Origin: Thermoproteota archaeon
Lineage (GTDB): Archaea > Korarchaeota > Korarchaeia > Korarchaeales > Korarchaeaceae
Assembly (NCBI GenBank): GCA_026986575.1
Contig: JALSOH010000006.1
Location: forward strand, 128,001 to 192,000
Direction of reading: 5' to 3'
DNA length: 64,000 bases
Below the pieces are notes generated by a model. The model searched no databases, was not told where the DNA came from, and saw nothing but the letters and a program-made list of their open reading frames with translations. The translations under genes and the position numbers were made by a program. How positions within the stretch are numbered: position 1 is the stretch's first letter; every line of letters begins with the position of its first letter. Shown in pieces: positions 50,001 through 60,656 of the stretch.

Positions 50001-50921
50001 CTCCTTATCACAAGGCTCGAACCTCTTCGGGCAGCGGGGATGAAATCTACATCCAGGCGGGGGTTCCAGCAGATTTGGCGGGGATCCCGGTATATATTCG
50101 AACCTTCCCTTCTCCCCCACGCCTATCCTTGGGACCGCCCTCACCAGCAGCTCCGTGTAGGGATGAAGGGGATCATCCACTATCTTGTCGGTCGGCCCTA
50201 TTTCTACTATCCTCCCGGCGTACATTATCGCAATCCTATCCACCAGTTCGAACATGGTAGTGAGGTCGTGGGTTATGAAGATAAGCGACATGTTAAACTT
50301 ACTCCTCAATTCCTTGAATAGGTTGAGGATCTGGGCCTGAACCACCACGTCGAGGGCGGTGGTAGGTTCGTCAGCTATGACAACGGGGGGATTGAGTGCC
50401 AAGGCCATGGCGATCATGACTCTCTGCCTCTGCCCCCCGGAGAGCTCGTGAGGGTAGCTCCTAACCCTTTGTCTGCCTACCCCCACCAGATCAAGCAGTT
50501 CTTCCGCTCTGGCTAGCGCATCATCCTTACTCATCGCCTCGTGGGCCAATATCGCCTCGGCTATCTGATCACCGACGGTGTACACGGGGTTCAAAGCATT
50601 CATCGCAGCTTGGGGTATAACGCTAATTTCTTTCCACCTTATTTTCCGCATCTCGTCCTCTGAGAGCGGAACTACGTCCCTTCCGTTTACGTAGATCCTA
50701 CCTCGGATTATCCTACCAGGAGGTGGAACTTCCTTTACTAAAGAGTATGCTACTGTACTCTTTCCACACCCAGACTCCCCAGCTAATCCAAAAAATTCGC
50801 CTTTCTTCACCTGAAACGTCACATCCGAAGCAGCATCGACGACGCCGAAGCTCGTCTCGTACACAACTTTTAACCCTTCTACGGCCAGCACATGCTCAGA
50901 GGGACCGCTAGATAGTGACAT
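49929..50921 (-). CDS. oppD: Oligopeptide ABC transporter ATPase
   Basis: GESGCGKST, ALNPV, YPHELSGGQRQR, DEPTTALDV. Confidence 0.92.
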   Translation of the reverse strand: MSLSSGPSEHVLAVEGLKVVYETSFGVVDAASDVTFQVKKGEFFGLAGESGCGKSTVAYSLVKEVPPPGRIIRGRIYVNGRDVVPLSEDEMRKIRWKEISVIPQAAMNALNPVYTVGDQIAEAILAHEAMSKDDALARAEELLDLVGVGRQRVRSYPHELSGGQRQRVMIAMALALNPPVVIADEPTTALDVVVQAQILNLFKELRSKFNMSLIFITHDLTTMFELVDRIAIMYAGRIVEIGPTDKIVDDPLHPYTELLVRAVPRIGVGEKGRFEYIPGSPPNLLEPPPGCRFHPRCPKRFEPCDKEEPKLVEVEEGRFVACHLIAGKTS

Positions 50922-51004
50922 TTAAAGGCATTCACCTCGAGCCCCAGCTAGGGCCTTCTAAAAAACCATTGCGGCCCCATAAAACGTCATATGAGGTGCA
51001 AGTT

Positions 51005-52822
51005 ATGAAGCGTGGTTCGAGTCTCGCGAGCATTCTATCCGCCCTACTTTTAACTGCCGTTATAGCCCTGCCGAGCATCCCCGTCGGTCTTGCTGAGGAG
51101 CCTACACTTCGAATCGCTTTACCCAGCCCACCTCAGACCTTGAATGCTTGGTCTGATACCTCTACTTGGACGATTATCACCCTTGACATGATCTACGAAC
51201 CATTGGCGACGACTGACCCGGACGGCAAATACATACCTTGGCTGGCCGAATCTTGGGAGGCATCTCCCGACGGTAAGGTCTGGACGATAAAACTGAGGAA
51301 GGATGTGAAGTGGCAGGATGGAAAGCCCTTCACTGCTGAGGATGTTAAGTTCACCTTCGAGTACTTCAAGAAGGATGTCACCGCCAAGAGAGGCCACTCC
51401 GATATGGACTACTTGGATCATGTGGAGGTAGTGGACGATCACACAGTCAAGCTCCACCTGACCGAGCCGTTCGTAGCCGTAGTAAATACGATGCTAACCA
51501 ACCCGATACTGCCCAAGCACATCTGGGAGCCAATAGTCAGCAAGGACGGCTTCGTTGCCTCGAAATATGAGCCGAAACTCAGTGAAGTCGTAGGCACAGG
51601 TCCCTTCAAGGTAGTAGAGTACAAAACCAACGAGTACGTCAAGCTAGTGGCTAACGAGAACTACTGGAAGGGAGCTCCTGCTGTGAAAAACGTCGTGATC
51701 CAGTTCGTTAAAGAGGGAGATACGCAAGTCCTGATGATAAAGAAGGGCGAGATAGATGCCGCTATACACCTCGCCATAAACCCAGCGGTCGAGAAGGACC
51801 TGAAGGCCGCTGGAGTTAAGGTCCACAGGTACCTAAGGCCCTACTTCTACCACTGGGGTTTCAACCTCAAACACTTCCCGTTCACAGAGAAGAAGTTCAG
51901 GAAGGCCATGGCGTACGCGATAAACCTGACCGAGATAGTGGAGATAGCTAGGCTCGGAGCTGGAGAGCCCGGGAGCTATGGAGTGATGCCAGCGGTCTGG
52001 AAGGATTGGTACTGCGAAGAAGCCGGTAAGATGTATTCCTACAACCCGGAGAAGGCCAAACAGCTTCTGGACGAGCTAGGATGGGTTGATAAGGACAATG
52101 ACGGAATAAGGGAGACCCCCGACGGTAAGGACGTGGCCTTCGAGATATACCCGCCGAGCTACGATCCCGCTAGGGTCAGGGCCGCTGAGATGATAAGGGA
52201 CTACCTCAAGGAGATCGGAGTGAAGGTCACCGTACAAGTGGGTGACTGGAAGGGTGTGGTGTGGCCCGGAATAAAGGCCCACAAGTTCGACAGTTTCATC
52301 CTCGGTGCTGGTCCGACCGAGCCCGACCCCGACTGGATGAGGCTCAGGTTCAAGACGAACGCCTCCGCTAACTACTACGAGCTATCCGACCCCGAGCTCG
52401 ATCAGCTGCTTGAGGAGCAGGCCGTGACCTTGGATGTGGCCAAGAGGAAGGAGTTGGCCTGCAAGATACAGCTCAAACTTGCCGATCTGCTGCCGCTGAT
52501 AACTCTCTACTATCCTGTGATAATCAACCCCTACAGGACGGACAGGTTCGAGGGATGGGTCCCGATAAAGTTCGACTGGATAATAAACAGGTGGACCATG
52601 CTCAACCTCAAGCCTAAGGCAAAGCCGACCCCGACCCAGACTCAGCCTCCCAAGACCACGGCTCCAGCTACGACACCAGCTCCCTCACCCGCTCCAGCCA
52701 CCACATCAGCCCCAGCTACGACACCAGCTCCATCAGGGCCTGACATGACCATGATAGGCGCAATAATAGTTCTCCTAATCATCATAATAGCAGCGGTCTG
52801 GCTGTTCCTAAAGAAGAAATAG
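51005..52822 (+). CDS. oppA: Oligopeptide ABC substrate-binding protein with PT-rich linker and C-terminal anchor
   Basis: Signal peptide, PWLAESW, WQDGKPFTAEDVKFTF, GTGPF, repeated APATT linker, TM helix then KKK. Confidence 0.92.
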   Translation: MKRGSSLASILSALLLTAVIALPSIPVGLAEEPTLRIALPSPPQTLNAWSDTSTWTIITLDMIYEPLATTDPDGKYIPWLAESWEASPDGKVWTIKLRKDVKWQDGKPFTAEDVKFTFEYFKKDVTAKRGHSDMDYLDHVEVVDDHTVKLHLTEPFVAVVNTMLTNPILPKHIWEPIVSKDGFVASKYEPKLSEVVGTGPFKVVEYKTNEYVKLVANENYWKGAPAVKNVVIQFVKEGDTQVLMIKKGEIDAAIHLAINPAVEKDLKAAGVKVHRYLRPYFYHWGFNLKHFPFTEKKFRKAMAYAINLTEIVEIARLGAGEPGSYGVMPAVWKDWYCEEAGKMYSYNPEKAKQLLDELGWVDKDNDGIRETPDGKDVAFEIYPPSYDPARVRAAEMIRDYLKEIGVKVTVQVGDWKGVVWPGIKAHKFDSFILGAGPTEPDPDWMRLRFKTNASANYYELSDPELDQLLEEQAVTLDVAKRKELACKIQLKLADLLPLITLYYPVIINPYRTDRFEGWVPIKFDWIINRWTMLNLKPKAKPTPTQTQPPKTTAPATTPAPSPAPATTSAPATTPAPSGPDMTMIGAIIVLLIIIIAAVWLFLKKK

Positions 52823-52886
52823 CCTCAACCACCAATCTTTTTCTTTTTCCGCTCATAGCCCGCGAGGTCCCTGGGGTGTTAAATGA

Positions 52887-53864
52887 ATGGCAAGCTACAG
52901 TGTGTTCTTGATCAGGAAGGTCTTCGCCATATTCCTGACGTTTATCGCCGCCGTGACCTTCGTCTTCATAATGGTCAGGCTGGTCGGAGACCCCTTTGGC
53001 ACCTTAGTTCTAGAGGATCCCAGAATAACTCCCGAGCAGATAGAGAAGATCAAGGCCGTATACGGGCTGGATAAACCGCTTCACGAGCAATACATTGATT
53101 TCATTCTCAACACTTTCAAGGGGGAGTTCGGGTACTCCCTCCACTACCAGAGGCCGGTCATGGATGTCATCATGGAGAGGCTGCCGTGGACACTCCTCCT
53201 TCTCCTCCCAGCCATCATAATCTCCACAATCCTAAGCATATACACAGGTATGAAGACCGCTTGGAAGCATGGCACTAGGTATGATGTGGTGGTGACCTCG
53301 ACAGCCCTCTTCATCAGGAGTACCCCTCACTTCTGGCTCGCTCTGCTCTTCCTGATGTTCTTCGGCTACTACCTTGGACTGTTCCCTCTAGCTGGATCGG
53401 TAACGCCGGCGAAGGAGTTTCCGTCCGTGCTCGACTACCTCGCCGACATAGCTTGGCACGCGGCCCTCCCTATCACCGTTTTGGTGGTCAGGGAGATCGG
53501 GATGTACATGCTCTACATGAGGAACGCGATGGTCGAGGTCATGGGTCAGGACTTCGTCTGGATGGCGAAGCTAAAGGGGTTAGCGGAGAGGACCGTCATG
53601 TACAGGCACGCAGCTAGGGTGGCGATCCTGCCCATGGTCACGGTAACGGCCCTGAGGTTCGGTTTCATGATAAATGGAGCGATTCTAACGGAGACGGTGT
53701 TCAGCTACCCCGGCATGGGAAGGCTCATCTTCGACGCCATAATGAACGATGATTACTTCCTCGTCCAAGGGGCCTTCATCATAATGACGGTCACGGTTCT
53801 CCTCGCTAACTTAGTGGCCGATCTGCTCTATGGGATACTCGATCCTAGGGTTAGGGTGACCTGA
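52887..53864 (+). CDS. oppB: Oligopeptide ABC permease
   Basis: GDP, YGLDKPL..QY, RLPWT, P.FW, ETVFSYPGMG. Confidence 0.92.
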   Translation: MASYSVFLIRKVFAIFLTFIAAVTFVFIMVRLVGDPFGTLVLEDPRITPEQIEKIKAVYGLDKPLHEQYIDFILNTFKGEFGYSLHYQRPVMDVIMERLPWTLLLLLPAIIISTILSIYTGMKTAWKHGTRYDVVVTSTALFIRSTPHFWLALLFLMFFGYYLGLFPLAGSVTPAKEFPSVLDYLADIAWHAALPITVLVVREIGMYMLYMRNAMVEVMGQDFVWMAKLKGLAERTVMYRHAARVAILPMVTVTALRFGFMINGAILTETVFSYPGMGRLIFDAIMNDDYFLVQGAFIIMTVTVLLANLVADLLYGILDPRVRVT

Positions 53865-54790
53865 TGGCAGCAGTCAGGAAGGAGGAACTGATCAGGAACC
53901 TCAAGAAGACGGGATGGCAGAGAAAGGTACAAGGGGTAAAGGAATTCCTAGGTATAGTCAGAAGCCACAAGGCATCGCTCTTCGGATCCATCTTGCTCAC
54001 GATCATAGTAGTGATGGCCCTTTTCGCTCCCTACCTAGCGCCCTACGACCCCTACAAGAGAACTGGCAGACCCTTGGAGCCTCCGAGCTGGAAGCATCCG
54101 CTGGGCACCAATGACGCTGGCCAAGATATACTGAGCGAGCTGATCTATGGAGCTAGGATCTCCCTCATGATAGGAATAGTATCGGCGGTTTCGGCCGTGG
54201 CCATAGGCGTGGTGGTAGGGATGGTCGCTGGCTACAAGGGAGGCAAGGTGGACGAGGTGCTCATGAGGATAGTGGACCTCTTCATGGTCATGCCCAGCCT
54301 TCTCTTGGTGATCTTCCTGGCTATGGTCTTCAAGGGCACGTGGCTAGGAACCCAGATGTTCTTAGTACTCATCGTGGCCATAGCAATAACGAGCTGGCCC
54401 ACCGTTGCTAGGGTGGTCAGGAGCATGATACTATCGCTCAAGGAGAGGCCCTTCGTGGAGAGTGTCAGGGCCTTGGGAGCCTCGGATGCCTACGTGATGG
54501 CCAAGTACCTGCTGCCGAACACGGCTCCCCTCATACTGGCGGAGACTCTCCTGAGAACGGCAAGCAACATGATAACCGAGGCATCCCTCAGCTTCCTAGG
54601 TCTGGGAGATGCTACCCAGAAGAGCTGGGGTATGATGCTCCACTATGCCTTCTCGAGGCAGGCCATAGTGCTTGGACTCTGGACATGGGTCATTCCTCCA
54701 GGCCTGATGATATCGCTGAGCGTCCTATCCCTGTTGCTCGTTGGACAAGCATTGGAGATCTATGTGAATCCGAGACTGAGGAGGAGATAG
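53864..54790 (+). CDS. oppC: Oligopeptide ABC permease
   Basis: HPLGTNDAGQD, GARISL, EASLSFLGLG, SWG, NPRLR. Confidence 0.92.
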   Translation: MAAVRKEELIRNLKKTGWQRKVQGVKEFLGIVRSHKASLFGSILLTIIVVMALFAPYLAPYDPYKRTGRPLEPPSWKHPLGTNDAGQDILSELIYGARISLMIGIVSAVSAVAIGVVVGMVAGYKGGKVDEVLMRIVDLFMVMPSLLLVIFLAMVFKGTWLGTQMFLVLIVAIAITSWPTVARVVRSMILSLKERPFVESVRALGASDAYVMAKYLLPNTAPLILAETLLRTASNMITEASLSFLGLGDATQKSWGMMLHYAFSRQAIVLGLWTWVIPPGLMISLSVLSLLLVGQALEIYVNPRLRRR

Positions 54791-54843
54791 ACAGACGTAC
54801 ACAGCAGTAATATAAGGGAGCAACAACCCTTTTCACTATCTTT

Positions 54844-55164
54844 CTAGTCCCCTAGGTTGGCTATCCTGATTCCCCTTCGCCTCACTTCAGAGAGTAGCTC
54901 AGAGGACTCATTCACAACGATTATATCGGGAGGGAGACCGGCATCCAGCAGATTTCTGATCTCCTCATCTAGCAGGGAGAAATAATCTAACTTCTCCAAG
55001 GGAACTATCACTATATCCACGTCACTCTCCCCGGGAATGGCGCAGCCCTCTACGAGCGAGCCCACCACGTATGCCTCCTTCACTAAGCCCGATAGTTTCC
55101 TTCCTATCCTCTCGATTACCTCCCTCAAATCTTCCAAGGAGACGGTCCTCACTGGATCAGTCAT
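54844..55164 (-). CDS. Minimal nucleotidyltransferase (MNT)
   Basis: VGS...G......SDVD, later PDI; 106 aa. Confidence 0.85.
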   Translation of the reverse strand: MTDPVRTVSLEDLREVIERIGRKLSGLVKEAYVVGSLVEGCAIPGESDVDIVIVPLEKLDYFSLLDEEIRNLLDAGLPPDIIVVNESSELLSEVRRRGIRIANLGD

Positions 55165-55335
55165 CTTTCACAATCCCCCCGCAGCTCCTTTATTATCTCC
55201 TCCATCAGATCCAGATCTTCTTCGGACAATGATGGGATTACCCCGTAATACCCCTTTTCCCTTACAGAGTATGCCTTGGAAATTCCCTTCACAAGCTCTT
55301 TCTTTGAGCCCCCAACTCTTCCCTCCTTTGATTCT
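55157..55335 (-). pseudogene. C-terminal remnant of a probable HEPN partner
   Basis: Startless frame ..AYSVREKGYYGVIPSLSEEDLDLMEEIIKEL..DD* overlapping the MNT start; 5' part absent where AT-rich DNA begins. Confidence 0.5.
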
Positions 55336-55420
55336 AGAGTTTATTCAAAATTTGTTACTTTATCATCAAGTAAATTATTAACGATAATGTTTATAAGATG
55401 ATTAAATTATTATAATTATA

Positions 55421-56725
55421 ATGGTCAGAGATACAAGAAGAATTGCCATCCAAAGAATGTGGATTTTGCTGACTTCTCTTTTCTTTGTTGTATCCTTAGT
55501 TATTCCTTTAGCCGTCTCAGTAATAGCGTCGGACTATTCCTATGACATGTCAATAAGTCTCACGAGAAGTGATCTATGTCAGAGTAAATTACCTTACTTC
55601 AATGTACTAGATTCTGGTACAAACAATATATCTTCTTCTCTAAGAGATGTCTACATAATTCCCGAATCAGAGATGCTGTTAATGAAAAAAGCTTTCGAGA
55701 AAGACTTCATGAGTTTAAGCAGAGAATATGTTAAGTATATGAACAGTTATAGCATTAAATACTTAAATATATCACGTATAGACAGGTGAGAGTGCGGGTT
55801 CCCACCGGTATTCTTTACTGCCGAAGAATGGCATATCCTTATGAATAGAGTAGTTACTCTAGACAAAGAGTTAAGGACACTACTAAGAATGTACAATATG
55901 GCCTTCAAGATCAACATATTAATACCTCCAACGGCTAATTCGTCTTATATCATTGCTAGTAGTAAGATCATTAAAAAATACGCTGAAAAACTTGAGAATA
56001 TTAAGCTAAGTATGATATTTATTATCGACTTAACAGGCAAAATCAACAGTCTATCGTTGGAGGATACGTACCATGTTCTCAGGGAAGTATCGGAAATAAC
56101 AAATATTCCCATGCAATTGGCCTTAGGCGGTCTCTTTGGAAAGAAAGTACTCGTTACTCCACAAAATAGATCAATTCTCACTAATTTTCAAACATTCAAA
56201 GACGTATTGACCAAGACCGCTGAAAGTAAGAGCATTCTCTCATCCTGCAGCACAATGTCTTGGTCTTGCAATACCATTTATAGCGGGGGGATATATGTTA
56301 ATAACGTTAACATGGATACGAAATGGTGGTATTGGAGGTACTTTCCCAGTCTGATTCCTTCAGGTTGTAAATATTACCATCCCTCTGAGTACGGTGCTTG
56401 TGATATACATTACGAAAGAGAGATGTTTTTCTACGCACAAGAGGATATAACATGGGGGCTTATTAATTTTTACGGAGCAGAATATGCATATAACTGCAGG
56501 TATCATAATCCAGATCCGAACAGCTATTGTGGATCAGCAAACACCTTAATCCATTCCACGTGTGCAATTAAATACGCTGATTTAGGTAGCAGGCTATACA
56601 GCCCGGGTTACTATATCTACGCATATTATACACTTACCAATCCATGCCCGTACTGTAGCTACTGCGGATGTTATTCAACGTGTGGGTATCCACAAATGTT
56701 TATAATCAATGTCATTGTACCATGA
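55421..56725 (+). CDS. Secreted precursor with Cys/Tyr-rich C-terminal domain; one in-frame TGA at 55787-55789
   Basis: ORFs 55421-55789 and 55841-56725 are in frame, linked by open codons (IDR*ECGFPPVFFTAEEWHILM); N-terminal signal/TM; AT-rich. Confidence 0.6.
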
Positions 56726-56789
56726 GATCAATAATTATCATAGCTAACAAATACTCCCCTATTTTTATGACCGTGAAAGGTGAATACTG

Positions 56790-59447
56790 ATGGAAAAACT
56801 GGAACATTTTATATTTCTAGTGATTTTAGTAATTGCTATCCTGACTATAGCCTATATTTTCGATAATTATAATTACTTAGTTTCTAGTGTTTCTAGTACT
56901 AAAATAATTAAAACCAATAATATTACTACTAACAGAGCCAATACAAGATGTACAAACACCAGTAGAGAAGCTATTGGAAAAATAAATGCTTCTAATATCG
57001 GATTAAGGGAAAGACTTAATGCCTCTTTGTTCTTCATTGATGACTTGAACTGTGATGGCGTAACCGACTTGATCGTGGCAAAAGGTGATGAGTTATCTGG
57101 TGTCTCGCTATCCCACGGGGAGAAACGGGTTCTCTGGAAGTACGATGCAAAGGGGTCGATAACGGCCCTCTCAGTAATCGAATCCGATGAAGGCGCGCCC
57201 GTTGTTCTGGCGAGCTTCACCTATGAAGGGAGGATCTACGCGCTTAAAATGGGTCAGCTACTGTGGACTTTCAGCCCCTCCGATGAGGCGACTAGAGGCA
57301 GCTATCTTTTCATCCCTATCATAAAGACGGGCGACCTCAACGGGGATGGGAGAGATGAAGTGGTGGCTTACGAATTCTACACGACAGAGATGTACGCGCT
57401 GAGCCAGGATGGAAGGCTCCTCTGGAGGATTAAGGTCAATCAATCCGTGGAAGGGCTTACAATAGCTGACTTGAACGGCGATGGAAAGGGGGAGATAGTG
57501 TACAGTGGATATGAGCCTCCTGAAGGGACACCCTTCCCCCAATCGGTGAGCTACCTCTTGGGCCTCATCAACGGTGAGGGCAAATCACTATGGAAGGTGA
57601 GGGATGCTGCTTACCGACACTCCGAGCCATTGGTGGTAGATTTAGATGGTGACGGCACTCCAGAGATAGTTACTGGATGCAGGGAAGGCCTTTGCGTGCT
57701 GAACGGAGAGGGTGTCCTTGAATGGACCTTTAAGACATCCCCCGGAACCTTCAGGCCAATCTCCGGCGATTTGAACGGAGATGGCAGGCCAGAGATCGTT
57801 TTCGCTACGGTGAACGGTTCTGTTTACGCGGTGAGCTTCGATGGCGGAGCGGTCTGGAGGTATGACGCAGGCAGTATGGACTCCTCTCCCCTAATGTGGG
57901 ATGTTGATGGCGACGGACAGAGCGAGATTCTGATCCCGTGCGAGGATGGATTGAAGGTCCTAAGTCGCAACGGTACTGTTGAGTGGGTGTACGGGAAAGA
58001 GAGCCTCAGTGTAGCCCACGCAGACGTAGATGGAGACAGAGAGGGAGAACTCTTGGTATTGACTCCATCCGGTCTAGAGGTCCTCGATAGCACCAGATAT
58101 CGATTGGAGGTGGAAACCCACCCTTACGAGATCGTCGTCAGGTTAGAGCAAGACATAATACCCCTGACCGCGCAGGAGAGGAGGATCTTCATAAAATCCA
58201 CAGCCGCCACCTTCTACAGAATCAACGATTTCGAACTCGCCCTGAACGCCCTCCCCGGCAAGTACGAGATCGGCTTGATGGTAGGTAATTGGGTCGCGGC
58301 CACGCGAAGGGTGGTCGTCCCTTGGACTCCGACCATGGAGTGGCCGAGCCCATCAGGATCTGTTTCTAGGAGCTTCTTGGTGAGATACGCCACTGGCAAG
58401 GGGATAAGTATCGAACATGAAGAGACCCCCTTTCCCGACTATACTCTGACTCCCCTCATCGGAGATGTTGATGGGGATGGTAGCCCAGATCTAATCCTCA
58501 TGGACGGTAGGGAGATGCAGATATTCGATATGAGCGGGAGAGTCGTTGAAGTTCAGCTGGATAGCGAAGCTAGAGGGGGAATTATAGCCGATCTGAACGG
58601 GGATGGCATCTCTGAAGTCCTAGTAGTGGAAAGGAGGGAGGTTCAGGCGTTCTCCCACCTTACCAATCTATGGAACTTCAAGGCTGAGAACGGTGAGGAG
58701 TTCACTGGAGCGGCGATAACGCCCGTGGGGAGGGAGAAATGGCTGGTCATCACTGCAAGATCGAGCGTCTACTCCCTCACACCTGAGGGCACCTTGAAGT
58801 GGAAGCTGAGCCTAGGTGGAGAGCTGTCGCCACCGGCCATGTCAGATATCGATAATGACGGTGAATTTGAGGCTGTGGTAGCCGTTAATCTAGGTAATAA
58901 GTCTGAGATCTTTGCAGTGGATGAAGGGGGAACTCCCAGCCCGATTATCTCGATGAACGCAGGTGTGAGGGAGATCCTCGTATCTGATATTGGAGGCGAC
59001 GGCACCAAGGATCTCGTAATGCTGTGCAATTCCGGCTTATACATCAAATCAGGGGAAAACATCGTTCTAATTCTACCGGATGCCTATCCACCAGCAATAG
59101 CCGACATCGATGGAGATTCGAGGATAGATGTAGTGGCATCCTCCAAAGAGGGTATCCTCACGATAGTCACGGCCGAGGGCGTCAGGAAGTTTAGCTTAGG
59201 GTTTGAAGCCGCCTCTCCACCTGTAGTAGTCGATCTAAAGAATGAAACTTCTAAAATTCTATTAGGTGACTACCAGGGACGCCTACACCTCATCGACCTA
59301 GAGGGGACCGCAACATCTACGATCAAGGTATCTCGCTTTCCCGTGAGGGGAGTCTATCCCGTGGATTTGGATTCGGACGGTCGCTTGGAAGTGGTATTCA
59401 CAGACCTCGAGGGAGTTCACGTGCTCTCCTCGGGTCATCTTCCTTAA
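56790..59447 (+). CDS. Membrane-anchored FG-GAP/VCBS repeat beta-propeller protein
   Basis: N-terminal TM helix; many D[LVI][ND]GDG Ca-binding repeats with LLW/KW motifs in two clusters. Confidence 0.85.
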   Translation: MEKLEHFIFLVILVIAILTIAYIFDNYNYLVSSVSSTKIIKTNNITTNRANTRCTNTSREAIGKINASNIGLRERLNASLFFIDDLNCDGVTDLIVAKGDELSGVSLSHGEKRVLWKYDAKGSITALSVIESDEGAPVVLASFTYEGRIYALKMGQLLWTFSPSDEATRGSYLFIPIIKTGDLNGDGRDEVVAYEFYTTEMYALSQDGRLLWRIKVNQSVEGLTIADLNGDGKGEIVYSGYEPPEGTPFPQSVSYLLGLINGEGKSLWKVRDAAYRHSEPLVVDLDGDGTPEIVTGCREGLCVLNGEGVLEWTFKTSPGTFRPISGDLNGDGRPEIVFATVNGSVYAVSFDGGAVWRYDAGSMDSSPLMWDVDGDGQSEILIPCEDGLKVLSRNGTVEWVYGKESLSVAHADVDGDREGELLVLTPSGLEVLDSTRYRLEVETHPYEIVVRLEQDIIPLTAQERRIFIKSTAATFYRINDFELALNALPGKYEIGLMVGNWVAATRRVVVPWTPTMEWPSPSGSVSRSFLVRYATGKGISIEHEETPFPDYTLTPLIGDVDGDGSPDLILMDGREMQIFDMSGRVVEVQLDSEARGGIIADLNGDGISEVLVVERREVQAFSHLTNLWNFKAENGEEFTGAAITPVGREKWLVITARSSVYSLTPEGTLKWKLSLGGELSPPAMSDIDNDGEFEAVVAVNLGNKSEIFAVDEGGTPSPIISMNAGVREILVSDIGGDGTKDLVMLCNSGLYIKSGENIVLILPDAYPPAIADIDGDSRIDVVASSKEGILTIVTAEGVRKFSLGFEAASPPVVVDLKNETSKILLGDYQGRLHLIDLEGTATSTIKVSRFPVRGVYPVDLDSDGRLEVVFTDLEGVHVLSSGHLP

Positions 59448-59872
59448 GACGATTCTAATCATCACCTCGAAATCTCTCTGAATCTGCTCCACTATGAATC
59501 TCATGATAGAGACCATGCCAGGTAACCTTTCCAGCAGCACCTCTCCCTCCAGTACTTTCGCCCTGAACCAAGGTGGGGCGTAATCTATTACCCTCACATC
59601 CACGGGAATCCCTATGATGCGGCTTAGCTCATCCGATAAGGTCTCCTCGTAACAAGGCAGCTCCTCGTAAGAGACCTGCCACCGGTGAGGACTCCGACAT
59701 CGATATCCCTGAACACGGACGATGAGATGAAGCCCCCGTAGACTATGGCAGCTAGGATCTCCTCTCTAGGTAGGAGGGCCTCGAGCAACCTACGCTTAAC
59801 TTCCCCTTTCTCAGGGTCAGAGAGCCTGTAGAAGGTGAACCTCTGCCTGTCCTCACGGATTCTCAAAGACAT
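59440..59872 (-). pseudogene. MNT antitoxin, frameshifted
   Basis: VYGGF...FRDIDVGV; after a shift near 59675 continues as YEETLSDELSRIIGIPVDVRVIDYAPPWF; 3' end approximate. Confidence 0.75.
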
Positions 59873-60200
59873 AAGCCCTCACCTTCTCTAGGAATGACTC
59901 TATCGCCTCTATTCCGCCACCTCTTGCCTCCTCATACAATCTGAGTGAGATAGTCCACCTCCCGGTACCTGTGGACGAGCATGTTCCTCAGCGATGCGAG
60001 TCTCTCCATCTTGGTACCCACCGATGGTCTCGCTGCCCCCTTCCTGTATAGCTCGGTAAAGGATTCCTTGTATCCCTTGGGTAGCACCCCGAAATCCCTC
60101 TCCAGTATGGAAACAGCGATCTTAGATAATGACTCGACAATCACTATGAGAAGGTACCCTTAATGTGTACGAGTTTCTCCTATCTGACAGATATTCATCG
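59853..60200 (-). pseudogene. HepT/DUF86 HEPN RNase toxin, disrupted
   Basis: PKGYKESF..L, LRNMLVHRY (RX4HXY), internal stop, then GGIEAIESFLEKV; N-terminus broken. Confidence 0.78.
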
Positions 60201-60439
60201 ACGGAGAGCCTACAGACCTCCCTTAGACTGGACAGATAGTCCGAATCTTCCTCCATTAACCTCAGGACCATATTTCTATCGACATTTGTCATCTCGTGTC
60301 GGTGAATGTGGAAGAACTCCTTTAAAAGGCCTAAGACCTCGGCTCCGCCACTTATTGATCGGATTACTGAGTTTGATGTTTATGTAAGGGGCTATCCTTG
60401 GCGAGGGTGGTTAGCTCCTGATGATGTCGATGAAGTTAT

Positions 60440-60656
60440 GTTATATTACATGATTTGATAAAAAAGCCCTTAAATAGCTAGGAAACCTAGAAGGAAGGAC
60501 AGAGGACAATAAAAGCTATTAAAGGAACTGCTTAGACCTCTAGAAGAATGATTTCTCCCTAGAATGTATCAGAAGAAACTCAGGGGAGAGTGGGTTAGAA
60601 TATTATAGGCTAAGCCTAGGCTAAGAGTAGGAGATTTTAGAGCGATACTAACTTGA
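60440..60656 (+). pseudogene. RelE/ParE toxin remnant
   Basis: FDKKALK*L..L, KKLRGE, YYRL and RLRVGDFRAIL split across frames with stops. Confidence 0.55.

Noticed and set aside
52620-52740. Direct repeats in oppA
   Set aside because: Encode an ordinary Pro/Thr-rich linker
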